A stretch of DNA of 64,000 nt from an uncultured Methanosarcinales archaeon (GTDB taxonomy: Archaea > Nanobdellota > Nanobdellia > Woesearchaeales > CAZPJY01). The translations under genes were made by a program, and so were the position numbers. Each line of letters opens with the position of its first letter. The first letter of the stretch is position 1. Of this stretch, positions 29,075 through 37,835 are shown one piece after another. The DNA lies in assembly GCA_964587045.1 (NCBI GenBank), contig CAZPJY010000004.1:699-64698 (forward strand), read 5' to 3'. Below the pieces are notes generated by a model. It worked only from the letters and a program-made list of their open reading frames with translations. It was not told the DNA's origin and made no database searches.

Positions 29075-29470
29075 ATGACAATGACTGAAGAGAAGAAAAA
29101 CAATCTTGCTAACTACGTCATGACATCGTTTTTCAGCGCACTCGTTGGAGCAGCGCTGGCCAGCGGGTACTTTTACTTGAACCAGAGAAGCGGCTCAGAC
29201 CTGGAGATCACCATCGAAAATCCGATAGTGCAGATAAAGGACCAGGGCAAGGTAATCAAAGGAAAAGCCCCCCTGAGCGAGAGCAGAAACATCCTCGATT
29301 TATTCACCGGGCACAGGGCTGACAAGTGGATCAAGTTCGAGGACGAAGGTTACATAATCTACTGGGATTACAACAACGACGGGAAATACGACAGGTACAA
29401 GTCCGTCTACAAGCAGGGGTCCATCGAAGAGAAATTCAAGGAAATCCAGACTGACAGCACCGGACGCTAG
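29075..29470 (+). CDS. Small membrane-anchored protein, paralog 3 of 3
   Basis: TM helix followed by KGKAPLSESR...NNDGKYDRY. The start is set at the ATG at 29075, just after the paralog 2 stop. Confidence 0.4.
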   Translation: MTMTEEKKNNLANYVMTSFFSALVGAALASGYFYLNQRSGSDLEITIENPIVQIKDQGKVIKGKAPLSESRNILDLFTGHRADKWIKFEDEGYIIYWDYNNDGKYDRYKSVYKQGSIEEKFKEIQTDSTGR

Positions 29471-30639
29471 CGGACCAGCGTGACAGTCTCCTTGGCTATC
29501 TCAAGCTCCTCGTTCGTCGGGATGACGAACACCTTAACTTTCGAGCCCTTGGCAGATATGACTCTGGCGTTGCGCCTGTTGGCATTGGCGTCTAACCTCA
29601 CTCCCATATGCTTAAACCTTGACAGGACCTTAGCTCTGGTACCCCACTCATTCTCGCCTATGCCTCCAGTGAATACGATGCAGTCCAGGCCTTCAAGAAC
29701 GGTCGCATAGGCACCGATGAAGAACGCTATCCTGTAGGCGAGCATGTCAAGAGCGAGCTCTGCCCTATCATTTCCCGATTTGGCTGCCTGGACCAGCTCC
29801 CGGACATCCGAGCTGATGCCAGAGATGCCCTTGAGGCCTGATTTCTTGTTGAGATAATTGGACAGCTCGTCCGGTTTGAAGTGTTTCTTCTTAATGAGGT
29901 ATATGGGAATCTCAGGGTCCAGCTCTCCACTTCGAGTGCCCATGATCAGCCCGTCCAGCGGTGTGAATCCCATGGTCGTGTCAACGCTCTTCCCGTCCTT
30001 TATCGCCGTGATTGACGAGCCGTTCCCGAGATGGCAGGTGATCATCTCGTGGCTCTTGCGCTTGAGCATCTTGGCCGCCTCGCGGCTGACGTATTTGTGG
30101 GAGGTACCATGGAAGCCGTATTTCCTTATCTTGTATTTCTGGTAGAGCTCGAGGGGTATGCCATAAAGGTAGGCCTCCTCCGGGATGGTCTGGTGGAATG
30201 CTGTGTCGAAGACGGCCACCTGCGGCACCTTGGGCATCACCTTCATGCACGCTTTGATACCTGCAAGGTTTGGGGGGTTGTGGAGGGGTGCAAGCTCGAA
30301 GAGCTCCTTGATGCGCTTGATGACCTCACCGTCGATTAGCGTCGGTCCATGATAGTATTCCCCGCCGTGCACGACTCGGTGGCCAACAGCCTTGATGTCA
30401 TCGATGTCCTCAAGCACCTTTGATCTTATCAGAAATTCCAGGGCGAAATGAACCGCCTCTGCGTGGTCCTTTATCAGCTCCTTCTCCTCTACCTTCTTGT
30501 TGCCGTACGATAACTTCACCGTGCACCGGTCCAGTCCGATGCCATCGACATGCCCCTTGAAGAGGAGAGCCCCTTCCGGCATCTCCAGAAGCTGGTATTT
30601 CAAGGAGCTTGATCCTGAGTTCAGGACGAGGACCTTCAC
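29467..30639 (-). CDS. ackA: Acetate kinase
   Basis: (M)KVLVLNSGSSSLKYQL N-terminus and other acetokinase motifs. The probable GTG start at 30637-30639 overlaps the pta TGA (GTGA). The listed ORF extends to an ATG at 30705. Confidence 0.8.
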   Translation of the reverse strand: MKVLVLNSGSSSLKYQLLEMPEGALLFKGHVDGIGLDRCTVKLSYGNKKVEEKELIKDHAEAVHFALEFLIRSKVLEDIDDIKAVGHRVVHGGEYYHGPTLIDGEVIKRIKELFELAPLHNPPNLAGIKACMKVMPKVPQVAVFDTAFHQTIPEEAYLYGIPLELYQKYKIRKYGFHGTSHKYVSREAAKMLKRKSHEMITCHLGNGSSITAIKDGKSVDTTMGFTPLDGLIMGTRSGELDPEIPIYLIKKKHFKPDELSNYLNKKSGLKGISGISSDVRELVQAAKSGNDRAELALDMLAYRIAFFIGAYATVLEGLDCIVFTGGIGENEWGTRAKVLSRFKHMGVRLDANANRRNARVISAKGSKVKVFVIPTNEELEIAKETVTLVR

Positions 30640-31616
30640 CTTCCCACCGCCTGAGCCTGAATCACTGTTATGGCCGTTATCCCGTAAACGTCGTCGACTG
30701 AGCACCCTCGGGAGAGGTCGTTGACAGGCCTTCTGATGCCCTGGATTATGGGACCAAGGGAGGTGACCTGGCCGATTCTTTGTGTTATCTTGTAGGCAAT
30801 GTTGCCAGCGTCCAGGTTGGGGAATATGAAGACGTTTGCCTTCCCCCCAATTGGGGAATCAGGGCATTTCTTCTGGGCCACTTTCTCGACGTATGCTGCA
30901 TCGAACTGCAGCTCCCCGTCAAGCAGTAGGTCCGGGGCGCGCTCCTTTGCAATCCTGGTCGCCTCGACGACCTTGTCGACCATGGGGTGCTTGGCGCTTC
31001 CGTGCGTCGAGAAGGAAAGCATCGCAACCCTGGGTTCGATGCCGAAAAACTTGGCCGATTCAGCGGTTGCGAGAGCGATGTCGGCGAGCTCCTCAGGATT
31101 GGGATCAATGACAAACCCGCAATCTGCATAGAACATCAGTCCCTGATCGGATATCTCGAAGAAGAAGCTCGATGCAAGCTTCCTCCCCTCAGCGGTCTTG
31201 AGTATCTGAAGCGCAGGCCTAAGCGTGTGGGCTGTGGGATGGGAAGCACCGGATATCAAGCCGTCAGCCTCACCCAGATGGACCATCATGGTCCCCCAAT
31301 AGATTGGCTCTGCAACCATCTTCCTTGCGTCGTCGATTAGTGCTAGCTTGCCCTTGCGGAGCTCCATGAACTCCTTGGCAAAGCTCTCCACGTCGCCTTT
31401 GGCTGGATCCACTATCTGGATGTCACCGAGGTCGAGATTGAGCGAGGCTGCCTTGGCCCTCGTAGTCTCTTCAGGACCCACGAGTATTGGGACAGCTATG
31501 CCATCATTCTTCACGCGCAGGGCTGCCTTGAGAATGCGTTCGTCCTCAGTTTCTGGGAATACTATGCGCTTTGGCTCCTTGCGAGCTTTCTCGATTAGAT
31601 TGGACAGGAAATCCAT
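30636..31616 (-). CDS. pta: Phosphotransacetylase (short, about 326 aa form)
   Basis: N-terminus MDFLSNLIEKARKEPKRIVFPETEDERILKAA and conserved Pta core. Translationally coupled to ackA. Confidence 0.8.
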   Translation of the reverse strand: MDFLSNLIEKARKEPKRIVFPETEDERILKAALRVKNDGIAVPILVGPEETTRAKAASLNLDLGDIQIVDPAKGDVESFAKEFMELRKGKLALIDDARKMVAEPIYWGTMMVHLGEADGLISGASHPTAHTLRPALQILKTAEGRKLASSFFFEISDQGLMFYADCGFVIDPNPEELADIALATAESAKFFGIEPRVAMLSFSTHGSAKHPMVDKVVEATRIAKERAPDLLLDGELQFDAAYVEKVAQKKCPDSPIGGKANVFIFPNLDAGNIAYKITQRIGQVTSLGPIIQGIRRPVNDLSRGCSVDDVYGITAITVIQAQAVGR

Positions 31617-31635
31617 GATTCATCCCTCCTAAGAA

Positions 31636-32112
31636 TCAAAGGATCTTTGACTCCCTCAGCTTGTTGAGGTACTCCTCAACCGAAATCTTCATCGAGATGA
31701 GCTTCCAGTCAAGGTGCTTGATGAGAGAGATGATCCCTTCGAGTATGTCTGTCTGCGTCACCAGTCCGACTAGCTTGCCCTTGTAGTCAGTTATCGGGAA
31801 TCTCCTGCACTTCTTCTGCCGCATGAGCTCGGCTGTTGGCACGAACTCCGCTTCCGGAGGCAAAGACAGCACGGGTGCTGTCATGACATCCCCGATAGGG
31901 GTTTTCTTTGGGTCCCTTCCAGCGACGATGACCTTCTTAATCATGTCTCTCTCAGTTAGTATGCCTATCGGCTTCTTTTTGTCGACGATAACGGCACAGC
32001 TGATCTTCTTGGTCGCCATCGCTCTCGCGACTGTGATGACTTTCTCATTCTTGGACACGGCATACACTGTCTTGGACATGATGCTCCCGACGTCTCTTTG
32101 GTCTCCTTTCAT
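31636..32112 (-). CDS. CBS-pair domain protein
   Basis: Two CBS repeats (IMSKTVYAVSKNEKVITVARAM...; VMTAPVLSLPPEAEFVPTAELM...). The start is set at the internal ATG at 32110-32112. Confidence 0.6.
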   Translation of the reverse strand: MKGDQRDVGSIMSKTVYAVSKNEKVITVARAMATKKISCAVIVDKKKPIGILTERDMIKKVIVAGRDPKKTPIGDVMTAPVLSLPPEAEFVPTAELMRQKKCRRFPITDYKGKLVGLVTQTDILEGIISLIKHLDWKLISMKISVEEYLNKLRESKIL

Positions 32113-32327
32113 TTTCGAATCCCAAAATCCACCTTTTCTTCTTCTTGAAATCGTTGTGCGAACATCTGGGGAATGTTCTCCTCGAAGCCGCACTTCGTGC
32201 AGTAGAGCCTGCCAATCCTCTGGTTATAGCGCAGGTCGAGCGAATTGCACTGGGGGCACCGCTTCAACGGCATGAAGTCGCCGAACTGCTCAGTGAATCG
32301 CGCCTTCCACTTATCATACGAGTCCAT
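32109..32327 (-). CDS. Small zinc-ribbon protein
   Basis: CPQCN...CTKCG four-cysteine ribbon. The start is set at the internal ATG (MDSYDKW...). Overlaps the CBS gene start. Confidence 0.35.
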   Translation of the reverse strand: MDSYDKWKARFTEQFGDFMPLKRCPQCNSLDLRYNQRIGRLYCTKCGFEENIPQMFAQRFQEEEKVDFGIRK

Positions 32328-32494
32328 CTTAATAATTTTCCCCCATAGGCATCTATACACCCGCGCTTTATAAACTTGTGTAATTATTGCGGGCTCACAA
32401 CATGATGCCATATCAGTATGCGGGTCCCTCGGTTGTTATTCCAGAATAATAACGAATCTTTTTATAGGCCTACCACAAATAATGTGCTAAAGAG

Positions 32495-34918
32495 GTGGAC
32501 TTATTGGAAGATAAGGATAATACATTCATTCTCTGGTTTGATCAACTCAATATCCAAGATATCAAGTATGTTGGAGGGAAGAACGCGTCCCTTGGGGAGA
32601 TGTACAGGAACCTGTCCTCACTCGGTGTGAATGTCCCCAATGGATTCGCGATCACAGCCAGGGCCTACAGGTATTTCCTGGAGCACAACAAGATACCCGA
32701 CAAGATCCACGAGATACTGGCAGACCTTGACACCGGCAACATGAACAACCTGTCTGAGAAAGGTTACAAGATAAGGCATATGATCATCAACGCAGAATTC
32801 CCCGAAGACCTAAAGGAGGCGATAATCGGAGCGTACAAGGCGTTATGCAACTCCTATCAGACCGAACTCGTGGACGTTGCGGTCAGGAGCTCAGCGACAG
32901 CGGAGGATCTCCCCGACGCCTCTTTTGCTGGGCAGCAGGAGACCTATCTCAACATAAGGGGCTCGTACAACATCGTCCATTCAGTAAAGAAATGCTTCGC
33001 ATCCCTATTCACAAATAGGGCCATATCCTACAGGGTGGACAAGAAATTCGACCACTTCTCAGTCGCGCTGTCTGTCGGGATACAGAAGATGGTGAGATCA
33101 GACAAGGCCTGCTCAGGAGTGATGTTCTCCCTCGACACAGAATCTGGGTTCAGGGATGTGGTCCTCATCAATGGCATCTACGGCCTCGGCGAGAACATCG
33201 TCCAGGGAGCGGTTAACCCTGACGAGTTCCTGGTCTTCAAGCCTACGTTGAAGAACGGATTCAGGCCGATAATCGAGAAGAAGCTGGGCGGAAAGCGCAT
33301 CAAGATGGTCTACAGCCAGGAAGGTGTGGAGTCAGTAAAAAACGTGCCGGTCGACATCAATGACAGAAAGAGTTACGTGCTGAACGATGACGAAATCCTC
33401 ACGCTCGCCAGGTGGGCGATGGTTATCGAAGAACATTACACCAAGGTCAGGGGGAAGGATACCCCCATGGATATGGAGTGGGCGAAGGATGGTGAGCTCA
33501 ACAAGCTGTTCATAGTGCAGGCCAGACCAGAGACTGTCCACTCTCAGAGGGACGCGACCAAGCTCACTGAATATGTCCTCAAGGGCAAGGGGACAGTTCT
33601 GGTCAGAGGCACATCTGTCGGGAACAAGATCGGAAAAGGCAAGGTCGCCATAATCAAGGATGTGCACAATATTAACCAATTCAAGAAGGGAGAGGTCCTC
33701 GTGACAGAGATGACCGACCCGGACTGGGAACCTATTATGAAGATTGCCGGCGCGATAGTGACCAACCGCGGAGGGAGGACCAGCCATGCCGCCATCATCT
33801 CCCGCGAGCTTGGGATACCCTGCGTTGTGGGCACGCAGACAGGCACCGAGATTCTCAAGAGCGGCCAGGAGGTCACTGTCGACTGCTCGAAGGGCGAGAA
33901 CGGTCATGTATATGAAGGGCTCATCGATTTCGAGTTGCTCCAGCAGGACCTCTCAGAAATACCCAAACCCAAGACAGCGATCATGATGAATGTGGGCAAC
34001 CCAGAGCAGGCCTTCCACCATAGCTTCATACCCAACTCTGGGGTGGGACTGGCAAGGGAAGAGTTTGTGATCAATTCGTACATCAAAATCCACCCCTTGG
34101 CTCTTATCAAGTTCGACGAGCTCACCAATGAGGAGGTAAGGTCGCAGATTCTTGAGCTGACTTCGGGCTATGAGGACAAGAAGCAGTACTATGTCGACAA
34201 GCTCTCCTATGGTATCAGCATCATCGCATCCGCCTTCTATCCAAAGGACGTAATCGTTCGCCTGAGCGATTTCAAGAGCAACGAGTACGCGAATCTGATA
34301 GGTGGGAAGCTCTTCGAGCCGACTGAGGACAATCCGATGATCGGGTGGAGGGGCGCATCCAGGTACTATGCTGAAAAGTACAAGGAGGCCTTCGCACTGG
34401 AGTGCAAGGCGCTCCAGAAGGTGAGGGATGAGATGGGCCTCACCAATGTCAAGATCATGGTGCCTTTCTGCCGCACGGTGGAGGAGGGCAGGAAGGTCCT
34501 GCACGAAATGGAGAAGAACGGACTCAAGCAGGGAGAGAATAACCTTCAGGTCTATGTCATGTGCGAGATCCCCTCCAATGTCATTCTCGCCGACCAGTTC
34601 TGCGATATCTTTGACGGATTCTCAATCGGCACAAACGACCTCACCCAGCTCACCCTCGGACTGGATAGGGACTCTGAGCTTGTGTCCCACATCTACGATG
34701 AGAGGAACGACGCTGTCAAACGTCTGGTGTCGATGGTCATCAAGACAGCCCGTGAGAGGCACCGTAAGATTGGCATATGCGGCCAGGCACCCAGTGATTT
34801 CCCCGAGTTCGCTGAGTTCCTTGTAGAGCAGGGAATAGATTCGATTAGCCTGAATCCTGATACTGTGATAAGGACCACGATGCGGATCGCCGAGAAAGAG
34901 CAGCAGTTGGGCCGTTAG
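32495..34918 (+). CDS. ppsA: Phosphoenolpyruvate synthase (pyruvate, water dikinase)
   Basis: N-terminal ILWFDQLNIQDIKYVGGKNASLGEM, a central phosphohistidine domain (GGRTSHAAIISRELGIPCVVG) and a C-terminal PEP-utilising TIM-barrel domain. 807 aa. GTG start. Confidence 0.85.
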   Translation: MDLLEDKDNTFILWFDQLNIQDIKYVGGKNASLGEMYRNLSSLGVNVPNGFAITARAYRYFLEHNKIPDKIHEILADLDTGNMNNLSEKGYKIRHMIINAEFPEDLKEAIIGAYKALCNSYQTELVDVAVRSSATAEDLPDASFAGQQETYLNIRGSYNIVHSVKKCFASLFTNRAISYRVDKKFDHFSVALSVGIQKMVRSDKACSGVMFSLDTESGFRDVVLINGIYGLGENIVQGAVNPDEFLVFKPTLKNGFRPIIEKKLGGKRIKMVYSQEGVESVKNVPVDINDRKSYVLNDDEILTLARWAMVIEEHYTKVRGKDTPMDMEWAKDGELNKLFIVQARPETVHSQRDATKLTEYVLKGKGTVLVRGTSVGNKIGKGKVAIIKDVHNINQFKKGEVLVTEMTDPDWEPIMKIAGAIVTNRGGRTSHAAIISRELGIPCVVGTQTGTEILKSGQEVTVDCSKGENGHVYEGLIDFELLQQDLSEIPKPKTAIMMNVGNPEQAFHHSFIPNSGVGLAREEFVINSYIKIHPLALIKFDELTNEEVRSQILELTSGYEDKKQYYVDKLSYGISIIASAFYPKDVIVRLSDFKSNEYANLIGGKLFEPTEDNPMIGWRGASRYYAEKYKEAFALECKALQKVRDEMGLTNVKIMVPFCRTVEEGRKVLHEMEKNGLKQGENNLQVYVMCEIPSNVILADQFCDIFDGFSIGTNDLTQLTLGLDRDSELVSHIYDERNDAVKRLVSMVIKTARERHRKIGICGQAPSDFPEFAEFLVEQGIDSISLNPDTVIRTTMRIAEKEQQLGR

Positions 34919-35175
34919 AGGTTCATGTCATACTCGTTCTGGATCTTGATTGACTGCCTGTTCAGAGCCTTTTCGATGAAGAGCCTTTTGTTCTCTTCCA
35001 TATACTTATTGTCAACTCGAGCTTCCTGCTGCTTCACAGGGATAGGCTGCTGCACTTCTTCCTGCTGCCGGGGCTCATCTTTACTTAGAATGGTGGAAGC
35101 TTTTTCCTTCGCTGCTGTCTCTGTAGCGCCCATCTTGCGTAGTACGCCCACGAGGCGCTCGAATTCTGGTGACAC
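34915..35175 (-). CDS. Hypothetical small protein (charged, Gln/Glu-rich centre)
   Basis: ORF only; no recognisable motif. Confidence 0.25.
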   Translation of the reverse strand: MSPEFERLVGVLRKMGATETAAKEKASTILSKDEPRQQEEVQQPIPVKQQEARVDNKYMEENKRLFIEKALNRQSIKIQNEYDMNL

Positions 35176-35214
35176 TGCAGAGAGAGGAATGAGTATACTC
35201 GTATATAAACTTTT

Positions 35215-35553
35215 TCAATCGATATATCCTTTCTTGAAAGTGAAAAGAAGATTGCCCGTTGTGAGGTAAAGAACGATTTTTTCCTCAACAGATATATCTT
35301 CTTCAAATTCCTTGAAAAACTCCCTGAGGAAGGGGTTAATCCTATTAAGGGCTATCTTGTTCTTAGTGTCAATCAGCTGCGGGTAGCTAATCGAGCCATC
35401 CTGCTCGTTGTAGGTCAGAGCGAACTCTCCTGATTTCAATAATCCTTCCATACCTTCATAGGGCATGGTGAAGCGAACGCCCTCCCTAATCTTTGTGGCC
35501 TTGATGCTGCCGTCAAGCTCAATGACTTTCTGAATCAGGGTATCTCGATCCAT
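35215..35553 (-). CDS. Hypothetical protein
   Basis: ORF only; no recognisable motif. Confidence 0.25.
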   Translation of the reverse strand: MDRDTLIQKVIELDGSIKATKIREGVRFTMPYEGMEGLLKSGEFALTYNEQDGSISYPQLIDTKNKIALNRINPFLREFFKEFEEDISVEEKIVLYLTTGNLLFTFKKGYID

Positions 35554-35890
35554 GAGATGGGGGTTAGCATAACTTATATTTAAACATATATTATTTTACC
35601 ACTTTATAGTGATTAAATATTGGAAGATTCATGAAGGAACTTCCTTGAAGCTTAGGAACCGAAATACTTGGACTTAAAATGAACTGGGAATACCACTTGA
35701 GGAAAGCGGGCGAACTTGACCAAGCACTCAATCACCCATTTATGCAGGGTAGAATGCGGCACCATCATGGACGGTCTCAACGCCCAGTAACCTCCGATGA
35801 CAGGGACCGCAAAATAACTAAGGGTAGGAAGCTCGTCAAAAAGTTTAAATAGTTACCTTCTCCTTTGCAGAGTAAAAGAGGTTCCTCTGC

Positions 35891-36874
35891 ATGTATGATA
35901 TTATCACTATGGGTTCTGCTACCGTAGACGTCTTTGCCAAGACCAAATCGGAGCTCATCACCATTGAGACAGGCACCGAGAAAGAACAGCTGATTGCCTA
36001 CCCCAGCGGCCACAAGATCCTCATCACAGACCTGCAGTTCATGGTGGGAGGAGGCGGAACCAACACCGCGGTGGCTTTCTCAAGGCTTGGCCTCAATACA
36101 GGGTACATCGGCAGGCTGGGCAAGGACACGAACGCAAACCTAATCCTCGACCTACTCGAAAAGGAGAAGATAAATTTCCTCGGATCCCAAGACAGCAAAT
36201 CCAAGACAGGATACTCGATAATACTGGACAGCATAGAAAGGGACAGGACCATACTCACATTCAAGGGGGCAAACAACACCCTGACAGACTTCGACACAAA
36301 AAAGATCAAGACCAAGTGGTGCTATTTCTCCTCCATGGTCGGCGACTCCTTCGAGACCCAGAAGAAGATTGCAAAATACGCTTACAAGAACAAGATAAAA
36401 ATCGTTTACAACCCGAGCAACTATCAGGCCGAAAAAGGGCCTGAATTCCTCAAGGAATTGCTAACAAGGGCCACAATCCTGATTCTAAATCTTCAGGAGG
36501 CACAGTACCTGGTTGGCAAGAGGAACGATGACAACTTGCTGAGAGCCCTGCACAGTTTAGGACCGAAAGTTGTCGTCGTGACCAATGGGAACAAAGGATC
36601 CATCGCAAGTGATGGCACAACGCATTACATGATTACACCTCACCAACTTGAGATAACAGAAACCACAGGTGCTGGAGACGCGTTCGCATCAGGATTCGTG
36701 GCAGGTTATATAATGAACAGCGACATGACAACCTCATTACAGATGGGGCTGGCCAACGCCGAATCAGTGGTCACCAACTACGGCGCAAAAAACATACTGC
36801 TGACCAAGAGCCAGATTGAGCGGCGCATCAAGGACGAACCCGGCAGCGTCGAAACAAGGAAGTTAGAGGAATGA
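35891..36874 (+). CDS. PfkB-family carbohydrate/nucleoside kinase (ribokinase-like)
   Basis: Di-Gly motif MVGGGGTNTAVAF and C-terminal TGAGDAFASGFVAGY signature. Overlaps the downstream aldolase start (ATGA). Confidence 0.75.
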   Translation: MYDIITMGSATVDVFAKTKSELITIETGTEKEQLIAYPSGHKILITDLQFMVGGGGTNTAVAFSRLGLNTGYIGRLGKDTNANLILDLLEKEKINFLGSQDSKSKTGYSIILDSIERDRTILTFKGANNTLTDFDTKKIKTKWCYFSSMVGDSFETQKKIAKYAYKNKIKIVYNPSNYQAEKGPEFLKELLTRATILILNLQEAQYLVGKRNDDNLLRALHSLGPKVVVVTNGNKGSIASDGTTHYMITPHQLEITETTGAGDAFASGFVAGYIMNSDMTTSLQMGLANAESVVTNYGAKNILLTKSQIERRIKDEPGSVETRKLEE

Positions 36875-37797
36875 AAATGGTCTTAGTAAACAGCAAAGAC
36901 ATTCTCAACAACGCAAGAGAGAACCACTATGCCGTCGCGGCTTTCAACGTGAACAACATGGAAGCTGTCCAGGCTGTCGTCCAGGCGGCCGTTGAGGAGA
37001 AGGCTCCTGTAATCATCCAATGCACCGAAGGGGCTATCAAGTACGCTGGCCTTGACATGCTCAGGGCCATGGTAAACGCAGCGGCAGGAAAACCCGAACA
37101 GCGCTTCGTCCTGCACCTAGATCATGGCAAAGATATGGAAATTATCAAATCCTGCATAGACGGCGGATTCACTTCGGTGATGATTGACGCCTCATCAGAG
37201 GATTTTGAGGCTAATGTCGCCAGAACCAAGGAAGTCGTCGACCTAGCACATCCCAAGGGCCTAACAGTTGAAGCAGAGCTCGGACAGCTGAAAGGTGTAG
37301 AGGACAACGTCGCTTCGGAAAACCAGGTATTCACGGATCCCGAAAAGGCCAAAGAGTTCGTGGAAAGGACTGGCTGCGACTCCCTCGCAATAGCCATAGG
37401 GACCAGCCACGGAGCGCACAAGTTCAAGGGCGAGCCCCATCTGGATATGGAGCGGCTATCCAGAATTAGGGAGGTGGTGAAAATCCCTCTCGTATTGCAC
37501 GGCGCATCACGTGTACCTCCCGAGACCGTCTCGGAAGCGAACCATTATGGCGGCCAGATCGAAAACGCACATGGAGTGCCTGACGAAATGCTGGCTGAGG
37601 CGGTTCGCAGGGGGATTTGCAAGGTGAACACGGACACCGACTTGAGGCTTTCCCTCACTGCAGGCCTCCGGAAGGCTCTCGCCGAGAACCCTTCAAACTT
37701 CGACCCGCGCAAGGAGCTCGGACCAGCCAGGGAGGCGATGAAGGAAGAAGCGAAGCATCGCATAAGAGTAGTCGGAAGCTCTGGCAGATTTGCATAA
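36871..37797 (+). CDS. fba: Class II (metal-dependent) fructose/tagatose-bisphosphate aldolase
   Basis: AVAAFNVNNME...HLDHG...EAELG...HG motifs of class II FBA. Confidence 0.8.
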   Translation: MKMVLVNSKDILNNARENHYAVAAFNVNNMEAVQAVVQAAVEEKAPVIIQCTEGAIKYAGLDMLRAMVNAAAGKPEQRFVLHLDHGKDMEIIKSCIDGGFTSVMIDASSEDFEANVARTKEVVDLAHPKGLTVEAELGQLKGVEDNVASENQVFTDPEKAKEFVERTGCDSLAIAIGTSHGAHKFKGEPHLDMERLSRIREVVKIPLVLHGASRVPPETVSEANHYGGQIENAHGVPDEMLAEAVRRGICKVNTDTDLRLSLTAGLRKALAENPSNFDPRKELGPAREAMKEEAKHRIRVVGSSGRFA

Positions 37798-37835
37798 TCT
37801 TTATATACTCTTTTCTTATCTTTCAGGGAGAAAAT

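Noticed and set aside
35679-35852. 57-aa ORF (MNWEYHLRKAGELDQ…KKFK) in the long intergenic region upstream of the PfkB kinase
   Set aside because: No SD, and it overlaps the TATA box predicted for the kinase gene. Its Lys-rich tail looks like chance AT-rich translation. It could still be a real micro-ORF, but the evidence is insufficient.
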